Below are positions 24,977 through 33,282 of a stretch of 64,000 bases of DNA, in pieces. Every line of letters begins with the position of its first letter. Within the stretch, counting starts at the first letter, position 1. The notes below the pieces were generated by a model. That model did not search any database and was not told where the DNA came from. It saw only the letters and a list, made by a program, of their open reading frames with translations. A program made the translations under genes and the position numbers. Source of the DNA: Candidatus Parvarchaeum sp. (GTDB taxonomy: Archaea; Nanobdellota; Nanobdellia; Pacearchaeales; GW2011-AR1); assembly GCA_020724955.1 (NCBI GenBank), contig DYFY01000002.1, positions 28,864 to 92,863 on the forward strand. The letters are read 5' to 3'.

Positions 24977-25470
24977 TCTTTCAGGCTGTTTAAAAATTCA
25001 TCAACAGATTTATCAGTTTTTAGAACAATAAACTTTCCTTTATTCTTCTTGGAAAATTCTTCAAATTTCAAATATCTGTTTAAATCATGCCTTCCCGCAA
25101 ATTTCAAACACGCAAATAAGCTACTGAAAGTTCCATAAGCGCTTTTTTCTCTCATCCCCTGCCTGAACCTATTAAAAACTCTCTTAAACAATACTCTCTT
25201 CTTAAAATCTAAAATTATAATTAACTCAACTTTTTTCAAAACAGGCAAAACCCATTCATCTGCATACTGCCCTTCCACAACCCATTCATTCTTTTTTGCA
25301 ACCTTCTTCAATAAATCATTTCTCATCTGCATAGAACGCTTCTCCCAATTTTCATCAAAAACCATAAAATCTAATGAATAAAAAGGAATTTTCAAAATCC
25401 TGGATATCCTTTTCCCCAATGCAGTTTTTCCAGCTCCGGTTCCACCAAGAATAAGAATTCTTTTGTGCAT
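24973..25470 (-). CDS. P-loop NTPase, adenylate-kinase/FlaR-like
   Basis: ILILGGTGAGKTALGKRIS Walker A; 165 aa. Confidence 0.65.
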   Translation of the reverse strand: MHKRILILGGTGAGKTALGKRISRILKIPFYSLDFMVFDENWEKRSMQMRNDLLKKVAKKNEWVVEGQYADEWVLPVLKKVELIIILDFKKRVLFKRVFNRFRQGMREKSAYGTFSSLFACLKFAGRHDLNRYLKFEEFSKKNKGKFIVLKTDKSVDEFLNSLKD

Positions 25471-25500
25471 GAAGAAGAAAAATCAGCTTAAAATATAAAC

Positions 25501-25839
25501 CTAACTAACGCTGCCTATAAGCAAACTCTCCTCAAGTTCATTTGCCAACTCTCTTTCTGTAAAAGAGTCCGCAACTGATAATGTTAACATTGTAATATCA
25601 TCTTCATTGAGAGGCAATAAAGGAATTTCTTCTCCGTCTTCTCCTATTTGCAATTTCAAACTTTCTTTTTGTTGGGTAAGATAGTTTCTCGGAAAATCCT
25701 TTCCGCGATTATTATAAATAAGGTCTGACATACTATCATAAACTCGGATGCTCTGTTTTTCTCCCACACTAACTTCCCATAAAGCATAAACTTCCAAACC
25801 TCTTATAACAGAACGACAAATAATTCTTCTATCCAACAT
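25501..25839 (-). CDS. Hypothetical protein
   Basis: 112-aa ORF. Confidence 0.35.
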   Translation of the reverse strand: MLDRRIICRSVIRGLEVYALWEVSVGEKQSIRVYDSMSDLIYNNRGKDFPRNYLTQQKESLKLQIGEDGEEIPLLPLNEDDITMLTLSVADSFTERELANELEESLLIGSVS

Positions 25840-25847
25840 TTTGGCAG

Positions 25848-26597
25848 TTATCTTCCAAACATTCTGGCGAAAAACCCCGGCTCTTTGTAATCCATTCCAG
25901 CTATTTTCGCTGCAATTCTTCTGTAAGCTCTGGACGCTTTGGAATTGGGATATTCATGCAACAAAGGGTTTTTATTTGCCAGCGCGCTTTGAACATTTTT
26001 ATCCTCGTAAACAATTCCTAAGATCGGAAGATCGAGCATGTCTCTGATATTTTCTATCTCCATCTCCCCCTTGCCTCCTCTAACTCTTGTAACTACAACT
26101 CCCTTCACATTTTTCCCCATTTCCTCGGCAAGTTTGGCTGTCTTTAAAGCATCGGTCACCGCAGGAATTTCAGGATTAGTGACAATAATCAATTCGTCCG
26201 CAGCCTCCATGCTAGCCATAGCTTCCTGTCCTAATCCTGCAGCAGAATCACAAATGACAAAATCAACAGTCCTCTTCAAACTTCTTGCAACATCCTTAAG
26301 TCTGGAGTAATTAAGTCTTCTCAACTCCTTCACAGATAAAGAACTCGGGATTATTCTTGTTCCGGAATCGTGCTCGTAAATAGCGTCGCTTATTTTTGCC
26401 TTCCCAGAGAGAACATGATTTAAGCTTATAGGAACAATAGGAGCTCCTAAATGAAGTCCTACATTTGGAGTAGTAAGATTGGCATCTACAACAACAACAT
26501 CCTTCCCGAGTTCTGTCAATGCAGCCCCCAAATTTATAGAAGTAGTCGTTTTTCCAACCCCTCCTTTGCCTGAAATTATAGTAATTACCTTCGACAT
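25848..26597 (-). CDS. minD: MinD/ParA-family ATPase
   Basis: Deviant Walker A SGKGGVGKTT; first ATG at 26597. Confidence 0.85.
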   Translation of the reverse strand: MSKVITIISGKGGVGKTTTSINLGAALTELGKDVVVVDANLTTPNVGLHLGAPIVPISLNHVLSGKAKISDAIYEHDSGTRIIPSSLSVKELRRLNYSRLKDVARSLKRTVDFVICDSAAGLGQEAMASMEAADELIIVTNPEIPAVTDALKTAKLAEEMGKNVKGVVVTRVRGGKGEMEIENIRDMLDLPILGIVYEDKNVQSALANKNPLLHEYPNSKASRAYRRIAAKIAGMDYKEPGFFARMFGR

Positions 26598-26634
26598 TTT
26601 AATAAACAACCAAAAGTTGTCAAGTAAAATAGTC

Positions 26635-27063
26635 CTATTTCAGGTAGCTTATAAACCTTTCTAGCAGATCAGAGTATTCTTTCAGCTTGTCAAGATTAAC
26701 GTTGATAATCTCTCCTCTATAAGTCACTTTCAAATTCACACCTTTCCTAAATTCATTTTCACGGACTTTGTCCAATTTCTCTATGTCCCTGAAGAACTCA
26801 TACAACTCCAGCGTCTTGGCCACAACCTCTTCATTAGAGTAGATTTTCTTCAATTGCACAAGTTTGGCGAGCGGGGCATCCGGAACCGGCTTCCATTTTT
26901 TCTTCTTTTTAGCCTTCTCAGCAAGAACATCCAAAGCCATCTCAATCATGACCTTCCATCTAAGAAGCAAATTAATAATCACATCGCAAGTTTTAGTGTA
27001 TTTCAAACTCACATAAAGCAAGTGGTCTGCACTGATTTTTTCCTTTATAATGTTGTCCATCAC
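26635..27063 (-). CDS. Hypothetical protein
   Basis: 142-aa ORF, helical, Lys-rich centre. Confidence 0.45.
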   Translation of the reverse strand: MMDNIIKEKISADHLLYVSLKYTKTCDVIINLLLRWKVMIEMALDVLAEKAKKKKKWKPVPDAPLAKLVQLKKIYSNEEVVAKTLELYEFFRDIEKLDKVRENEFRKGVNLKVTYRGEIINVNLDKLKEYSDLLERFISYLK

Positions 27064-27173
27064 GCCAAACTACTCTCCGCAGAAGCATAAATCTACAGGG
27101 GTCAGAGCTTTTTATATCTTTCTGATAAAAATTCTTATTTTTCCTGTGAGTATCTCAGAGTAGATTCTAACCT

Positions 27174-27377
27174 TCAAAGCTGACTCTGCTCCCTAGAACC
27201 ATAAAACGCCCTTTCAAGCGCGCTCGAAACCATGCCAAAAAACCTGCCAAAAACACTAGCCTCTTCTCCCCCTCCATATTCAACATACCTTCCATCAGTC
27301 CTTTCAAGCCCCCCGCCTTCTTCTTCAGTTTGATTAGGATGCACAATCTCCGGATGCAAGTTATAATTTAAACTCAT
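27174..27377 (-). CDS. Hypothetical small protein
   Basis: 67-aa ORF immediately downstream of nac. Confidence 0.3.
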   Translation of the reverse strand: MSLNYNLHPEIVHPNQTEEEGGGLERTDGRYVEYGGGEEASVFGRFFGMVSSALERAFYGSREQSQL

Positions 27378-27378
27378 T

Positions 27379-27714
27379 TTACCCTCTCAACTTCAAAATA
27401 GCCTCGGCAACCTCTCCGTTGGATTCTTCTAAGGCTGCTCTGGCTTCTTCAGCGCTTCTCCCTGTCTTTTCAGCCACTAGCTCAACATCTGCTTCTGAAA
27501 AACTTTCTGCGCTCTCAGAAACATCCCCTACTATCTGCCAGCTGACCTTCCCTTGCAGGGTAATCTTGGCAACACTCGGATTTTCAATAATTATGTTCCC
27601 ATCAACTCTCTCAATAACAACTCTGTCTGCTTCAATTTCTTCCTGATTAATTCCAAGCTGTTTCATCATTCCAGCCATCTTCTTAGGATTCATCCCGCCG
27701 AGCCCCGGTATCAT
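27379..27714 (-). CDS. nac: Nascent polypeptide-associated complex protein (NAC plus UBA)
   Basis: MNPKKMAGMMKQLGI..., NAC beta-barrel, C-terminal UBA-like EEARAALEESNGEVAEAI. Confidence 0.85.
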   Translation of the reverse strand: MIPGLGGMNPKKMAGMMKQLGINQEEIEADRVVIERVDGNIIIENPSVAKITLQGKVSWQIVGDVSESAESFSEADVELVAEKTGRSAEEARAALEESNGEVAEAILKLRG

Positions 27715-27914
27715 ATCTTTCTCACAAATTTAGGTTATTTATAGTTTTCCTCCAATAGAAAATAGTTATATTTCATTAAGATTACACACTTTGTTTAAAT
27801 TTCAATCAATAATCAAACTAAAAGCTCAACAATTAACCCTTCCCTTTTACATTCTTCCCAAAAAACCAAAGAAAGCTTCAAAACTCACTTTGCCCAATAT
27901 CTCTCATTATAAAA

Positions 27915-28082
27915 TCATCCACTGACAGGCAAAAATATCCTTAAAGCAAACACGAGAACAATAATAGCCACAACAAACACTATAACAGCTGTTGGGGAAA
28001 TCATAAATTTACTCTTATACTCTTCATCATGCCTCATCAGCCCGCCAAACATGCCAGGCATCTGTATTTTATTGTCCGCCAT
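27915..28082 (-). CDS. secG: Preprotein translocase Sec61-beta (SecG) homologue, 55 aa (below the ORF-track cut-off)
   Basis: Hand translation MADNKIQMPGMFGGLMRHDEEYKSKFMISPTAVIVFVVAIIVLVFALRIF...; G.GL.R...E plus a C-terminal TM anchor is typical. Confidence 0.65.
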   Translation of the reverse strand: MADNKIQMPGMFGGLMRHDEEYKSKFMISPTAVIVFVVAIIVLVFALRIFLPVSG

Positions 28083-28130
28083 TTTATCCAATATTATTAA
28101 AACATAAAAATACGAGTATAAAAACTTTCC

Positions 28131-29330
28131 CTAAATGCAAAATTTTCCATCTTTGTAAATCACTAAACTCTCTTCATTAGCCAGAAAGGCCTCAACTTTT
28201 CTATTTTCGGTGGAAACGATATCCGTATGAACTACAGAATCATTATATCCCATTTCCTTCCAATCCTCTTTGCTGACTCCCGCAGGATTTCCTGTGTAAG
28301 AATCCTGATAGGCTTTCCCAAGAGCAATATGCATATTACCATATTTCCCACCCGCATTTTCATCAAACAAAGTTTCAGCCATAAACTTCGTTATTCTGGA
28401 AAGCCTGGAATCTGTCAAAGAAAATTCTCCAATTTTATCCGCTCCCTCAACAGCAATCATCTCTCTTAAAACCTCCTGGCCCTTTTCAGCACTGGCTTCA
28501 ACAACCTTCCCTTTCTCAAATCTTAAGAAGACACCTTCAATTAAATTTCCATAAACATACAAAGGTTTATCAAATCTCACACTTCCCTCTGCAATTCTGC
28601 AATCAGGAGAAATAAAAACCTCGAAACTGGGAATGTTTCTTCCGCTTCCCCCAAGCCACTTCCTGTTTTTGCCAATTCCGACAATTAAATCAACATTCTC
28701 ACCTTTAACATGCAACTTCTCAATTTCTAAAGAATTCAGCTTTTCTTTCACTCTCTCAACTTCACTAATAATTTCTTTCCATTTCTCTTTAGGATTATCA
28801 AAATCAAGATAACAGGCCTTTATTATTTCCTGCCAATATTCCTCCAGAGAGAGCCCTGCTTCTTTGGCCATCGCTTCAGTCCCGTACAAAGCCAAAGTCC
28901 AGCTGAACTTTCCCGCATTCTCCTTCTCGTTTTTCCAGTCAAAATACTTCTTGAAAGCCTCTCCATTCATCATTATCTTTTTTGCATCTACTCCTTCCAA
29001 TTCTCTTGGGTTTGAAGAGGCAATTATATTGACAGAATGATCTATTACATCAACTCTCCCCTTCAGATATTTTTCTGGAAAAAACTTTAATTGCTCCTCG
29101 TTAGCCAGCTCGAAAAACTCTCTTCTCATATCATCAGGAACAAACTGAACAATTGGATGCCCGCCAGATTTTAATACAGCCCTCCTTAGCGCCAGAAGCA
29201 TCGGTTTAGCGCACTCAGGCACTTGCAAAAACACTACATCTCCTCTTCTGATTCCCTGGCAGTCATTTAAGGCAAAATTAATCAAAACATCTGCATATTT
29301 GTCCAGTATGTCTTCAGAAATTTCGCTCAT
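28131..29330 (-). CDS. M29-family aminopeptidase (AmpS/PepS-like)
   Basis: 399 aa; EIGEFSLTD, FDENAGGKYGNMHIALG, HTDIV motifs. Confidence 0.8.
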   Translation of the reverse strand: MSEISEDILDKYADVLINFALNDCQGIRRGDVVFLQVPECAKPMLLALRRAVLKSGGHPIVQFVPDDMRREFFELANEEQLKFFPEKYLKGRVDVIDHSVNIIASSNPRELEGVDAKKIMMNGEAFKKYFDWKNEKENAGKFSWTLALYGTEAMAKEAGLSLEEYWQEIIKACYLDFDNPKEKWKEIISEVERVKEKLNSLEIEKLHVKGENVDLIVGIGKNRKWLGGSGRNIPSFEVFISPDCRIAEGSVRFDKPLYVYGNLIEGVFLRFEKGKVVEASAEKGQEVLREMIAVEGADKIGEFSLTDSRLSRITKFMAETLFDENAGGKYGNMHIALGKAYQDSYTGNPAGVSKEDWKEMGYNDSVVHTDIVSTENRKVEAFLANEESLVIYKDGKFCI

Positions 29331-29446
29331 TTAAATCAAAAAGATAAGGGTTATAAAAAGCTTTCTTTCACATTTACACCAGAGGAAAAATTTACTGATT
29401 TGTCGTCAGTTATCAGAGAAAACTTATGTCTTTAACTATAAAAAAT

Positions 29447-30829
29447 CTAAACAGGAGCGCAAGAACACGGAACAGGTTTTACATTTTCAAGATAGCCTTT
29501 AAGGTATCCATCCCTATCACTCCCAAACCAATAAAGAATTTTTTCTCCAGGGCGAAGATACTCCTGCAAAATCTTATGCTGTAATTTAGCGACTTCAGGA
29601 GGTATCTCTGGAGGAGAGTAGAAATTAATTACATCTATAGACAACAAAGGAGCAATAGGTATCTGCTCGCCATTTGTTTTATTCAGCCTTCTTGTATGTT
29701 CAACACCTGTTAAAGTCATATTGCCGACAAATAAATAGTTAAGGTTCTGATCGCTTGCGGTAATGTAAATTATAGGAGTTAAATAATCCAAATCATCATA
29801 CATTCCCAAAGCGCTTGCCGTCAAATAACCTTTCATGCTTTCTTCAAAGTTGCTGGTTAAATCTCCTTTTGTAGGAGGTCTGATAGTGGCGGTTATTGCA
29901 ACTTTTGCGTTTGGAAAATACTCTTTCACCGCAGCAAGCCTCATTTTTGTGGCGTTCACATATAAACTGAAATTCTTCATTCCCTGTTCAGAGAGCAAAT
30001 CATCAAGCCTTCCTTGTGGAATGGGATTTTCAATATGGGCTAAAAGCAAGTCAGTTGTGTCTTTGTTGACATTGTTAAGCCTCGCAAAGTTATCCAGACT
30101 TTTCAAAACATCCTCTTTAGTGGTATTAAAATACTCATCGTAGCTCGCCACATTCTTTCCAGCAGAAAGTGAAGTTCCGCTGAGGGTTAAAGAGCTATAA
30201 TTAACTCCATAAACGCTGTACAATTCATTTAAGCTTGGCGCAGATTGAGCACTAGGATAATCCGAATATCCATTCTGCCTTGCAATTCTATGATCGCAGA
30301 TATTTTCTATTGAATAATTTGAGCAGTAACTCCAGTTTAAATTCACTGGAGGATTCCCGACTCCAGGGTCTTCAATTTCCCCTGCCACGCATTTGACAGG
30401 GCTTCCCGTCGCCCTGCATAAATTTCCGTCAATAACTCCGAGAAGGTCAACTGCCTCGGCCTCCAGCAACTCCTGAGCATCATTTCCGGTATAAGTAAAA
30501 ACTTTTGCCCCTAACGGGCTTAACGAAACATTTTCTTCCCGGACTTTAAGCCCTTCCGGAGTATCAAACAATATTTTAATCATGCTTAGCTCTCCCTCTC
30601 CAGTTCCCCTAACAACCTTTACCCGCACACTTTTATCTTCTTCTGTTATGTCAATAACACAACTCTCAGCTCTCGTATTCAGAGTCAAACACTGCTGAAC
30701 AACAGGCACAGAGCTTGTCTGCTGGCTGACTTCCCTGACAGAAACAAAGACAGCGCTAATCCCGACAATCACAAGCAAAATCATAAGCACTGTCGCGACT
30801 ATTGGACTGATACCTCTTTTATTCATCAT
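29447..30829 (-). CDS. Large secreted/surface protein with an archaeal class III (type IV pilin-like) signal peptide
   Basis: MMNKRGISPIVATVLMILLVIVGISAVF N-terminus; ATG at 30829 (track start is TTG). Confidence 0.65.
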   Translation of the reverse strand: MMNKRGISPIVATVLMILLVIVGISAVFVSVREVSQQTSSVPVVQQCLTLNTRAESCVIDITEEDKSVRVKVVRGTGEGELSMIKILFDTPEGLKVREENVSLSPLGAKVFTYTGNDAQELLEAEAVDLLGVIDGNLCRATGSPVKCVAGEIEDPGVGNPPVNLNWSYCSNYSIENICDHRIARQNGYSDYPSAQSAPSLNELYSVYGVNYSSLTLSGTSLSAGKNVASYDEYFNTTKEDVLKSLDNFARLNNVNKDTTDLLLAHIENPIPQGRLDDLLSEQGMKNFSLYVNATKMRLAAVKEYFPNAKVAITATIRPPTKGDLTSNFEESMKGYLTASALGMYDDLDYLTPIIYITASDQNLNYLFVGNMTLTGVEHTRRLNKTNGEQIPIAPLLSIDVINFYSPPEIPPEVAKLQHKILQEYLRPGEKILYWFGSDRDGYLKGYLENVKPVPCSCAPV

Positions 30830-31016
30830 CAAAAAGAGCAAAAAAGGCTATTTAATTTTTGCCTATATAAAAACTGCTTTGATGTGACATAAAGATTATT
30901 TAAAAAATCTCTAATTGTAATCGCGCTAATAAAAGAGTTTCTTTGCATTATAGCAGAAGACATGTAAAATTCCTCAATTTATCGTCTGCTATTCAGGAAA
31001 AGACTTATGTCTCTAA

Positions 31017-31595
31017 CTATAGCTTGGAAAATTCCTCTAAGACTTCTGGCAATTTATAACATCCGTCATCCTGGCTAAAATGACCCCTATCATGCAAAAC
31101 TTTTGTTTCTGCTCCAAGCATTTCCCTAAAAATATCCTTATCACCCATCGGCACAAATGAGTCATTATCAGAAAATATACAAATAAATCTTTCAGCTCTC
31201 TCCCTAACCTTGGAAAAATCAATTTCTGTCTCTATCCAAGGCCTTGCAATTTCAGCAACTTCAGGACCTTCTTCAGCAATTGTAGCTTCAATCAAATGTA
31301 TCCACGGAGCAACAAACACAGCTCCTCCGGCCTTGCCGCTCTCCACTCCAGCTAAATAACGAAGAATTGTCTGACACCCAACGCTATGTCCAACAAAATA
31401 ACTCTCTCTGTCCAAATCCCCGACAATCTCTTTAAGTTTCGCAACCCAGCTATCAATTTTAGGATTTTCGCTGTCAGGCATTTCCGGCACAACCACATCA
31501 AATCCTAAGCTCTCCAGCTCATCCCTCAAATAAGGATACCAGTCACTTTCAGGATTTCCTCCCCAACGATGAACAATAAAAACTCTTCCAGACAT
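31017..31595 (-). CDS. Alpha/beta serine hydrolase (YdeN/RBBP9-like)
   Basis: VFIVHRWGG..., nucleophile elbow GHSVG, C-terminal D and H. Confidence 0.7.
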   Translation of the reverse strand: MSGRVFIVHRWGGNPESDWYPYLRDELESLGFDVVVPEMPDSENPKIDSWVAKLKEIVGDLDRESYFVGHSVGCQTILRYLAGVESGKAGGAVFVAPWIHLIEATIAEEGPEVAEIARPWIETEIDFSKVRERAERFICIFSDNDSFVPMGDKDIFREMLGAETKVLHDRGHFSQDDGCYKLPEVLEEFSKL

Positions 31596-31654
31596 GAAAA
31601 GTAAATAACAAAATCATATATAAAACTTTAGAAAATGTTAAATCAATTCCCAAA

Positions 31655-32263
31655 TTATAAACCAATTCTAGCCAAAATCCTTTCCCTGCTTCTCCCCCTC
31701 ACGTCTTTCCCCCATAAAACAAAGACTCTATTCACTTTGCCCCACAATCTCCTGGGCACAATCTTTTCTAACTCTCTCTCTGTTTGTTCCGGAGTTTTTG
31801 TTTTGACAAATCCTAAAACATTACTTATCCTGTGAACATGCGTATCTACACAAATCCCATGCTCTCCGAAAGCCTCCCACCTTACCAAATTGGCAGTTTT
31901 CCTTCCAACCCCGGGAATTTTTATAAGCTCGTCAATTTCTTCCGGGACTCTCCCTTTATTTCTGATATATTTGGCTGCAGCAATGACATTCTTAGCTTTC
32001 GTCAGATTATAATTAAGGCTTTTGAATATTTTTAAAACATCTTCATATTTCGCATCTGCCAATTTCTCCAAACTCCCGTATTTTCTGAACAATTCCTCCG
32101 CAACAGGGATTGTGGTTTCATCCCGCGACTGGGCAGACATTATGGTGGCAACAAGGATTTTCCAGGCAGCCCCCCAACCCTCCCCAGCAAGCCTCTTTTC
32201 CGCTTTCCCATATTTTCTCTCAGCCTTTCTGAAAATCTCCAGAAAATATTTTTTCTTGTCCAT
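31655..32263 (-). CDS. nth: HhH-GPD base-excision glycosylase (endonuclease III-like, no C-terminal Cys cluster)
   Basis: IPGVGRKTANLV hairpin-helix-hairpin, VDTHVHR; no cysteines in the C-terminus. Confidence 0.75.
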   Translation of the reverse strand: MDKKKYFLEIFRKAERKYGKAEKRLAGEGWGAAWKILVATIMSAQSRDETTIPVAEELFRKYGSLEKLADAKYEDVLKIFKSLNYNLTKAKNVIAAAKYIRNKGRVPEEIDELIKIPGVGRKTANLVRWEAFGEHGICVDTHVHRISNVLGFVKTKTPEQTERELEKIVPRRLWGKVNRVFVLWGKDVRGRSRERILARIGL

Positions 32264-32356
32264 AGAAACATAAAATCCTAAACCTTAAAATACCTTGTCC
32301 TCTTCTCACAAGAACAACCGTAAAATATTTAAACACTCGTTAAATAAATATAACAA

Positions 32357-32884
32357 ATGTTAAATAAATATAACAGATACAAAATCCTGAAAGTCTTTCT
32401 TTATAATCCAACAGAGAGTTTCAGGCTTCGGGAGTTAAGTAGGCTATCCAAATTAGCCCCATTATCTGTTATGAATTATCTCAAAGAATTTGAAAAAGAA
32501 AATCTGATAAAAAGATTCGAAAAAAGAGGCGTTCCATTTTATCAAGCAGAAAGAGACCACGAAGATTTCAAAATGCTACAAAAAATAAGCATCCAATTCG
32601 AACTTCATAATTCAGGTCTAATAAACTATCTCTGGGAAAACCTCTCCCCAGAGGCAATAATATTGTATGGAAGTTTTTCAAAAGGAGATGCAATTGAAAG
32701 TTCAGACATAGACTTATTTGTAATAACTAAAGGCAAAGAAATCAACTTGGAAAGCTTTGAAAAAAAACTCGGGAAAAAAACCCATCTAATAACAAGTAAT
32801 TCATTAAAAAATCAAAGCAAAGAATTCAAAAACAATCTTGCAAATGGAATTATACTCAAAGGGTACTTAAAAATAATACAATGA
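32357..32884 (+). CDS. Minimal nucleotidyltransferase (MNT) with an N-terminal winged helix
   Basis: LYGSFSKGDAIESSDIDLFV (G[SG]...D.D). Confidence 0.75.
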   Translation: MLNKYNRYKILKVFLYNPTESFRLRELSRLSKLAPLSVMNYLKEFEKENLIKRFEKRGVPFYQAERDHEDFKMLQKISIQFELHNSGLINYLWENLSPEAIILYGSFSKGDAIESSDIDLFVITKGKEINLESFEKKLGKKTHLITSNSLKNQSKEFKNNLANGIILKGYLKIIQ

Positions 32885-33282
32885 TAATAAAAATAACTCC
32901 TGATAAAGAAAAAGCTCTCTCTTTACTGGAAGCCGCTTCAGACAGAGAAGAAATCTCAAAACAACTGAACGAAAGCAAATTCCCAAGTAACTTTCTAGAA
33001 AATATGTATGAAACCTGCAGAGAGCTAGTTTCCTCAATAATGCTATCCGATGGTTTTAGAACAATAGGAGATAGTGCACATAAAGAAGCCATAGAATACT
33101 TAAAGAATTATAAAGAATTCAAAACAGAAGAAATCTCTCTTTTAGACGACTTAAGAGTAAAAAGAAACAAATTTATGTATGAAGGCAAGAAAATGACTTT
33201 TCTTTACCTCAAAACAAACAAATCCAAAATAAAAGAAATTATAAAGAAACTAAAAGTGATAGCTACAAACAAGTTAAAATGA
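32881..33282 (+). CDS. HEPN-domain protein (partner of the MNT)
   Basis: Helical, 133 aa, LRVKRNKFMYEG (R...N...Y/H HEPN-type motif); ATGA overlap with the MNT gene. Confidence 0.6.
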   Translation: MIIKITPDKEKALSLLEAASDREEISKQLNESKFPSNFLENMYETCRELVSSIMLSDGFRTIGDSAHKEAIEYLKNYKEFKTEEISLLDDLRVKRNKFMYEGKKMTFLYLKTNKSKIKEIIKKLKVIATNKLK

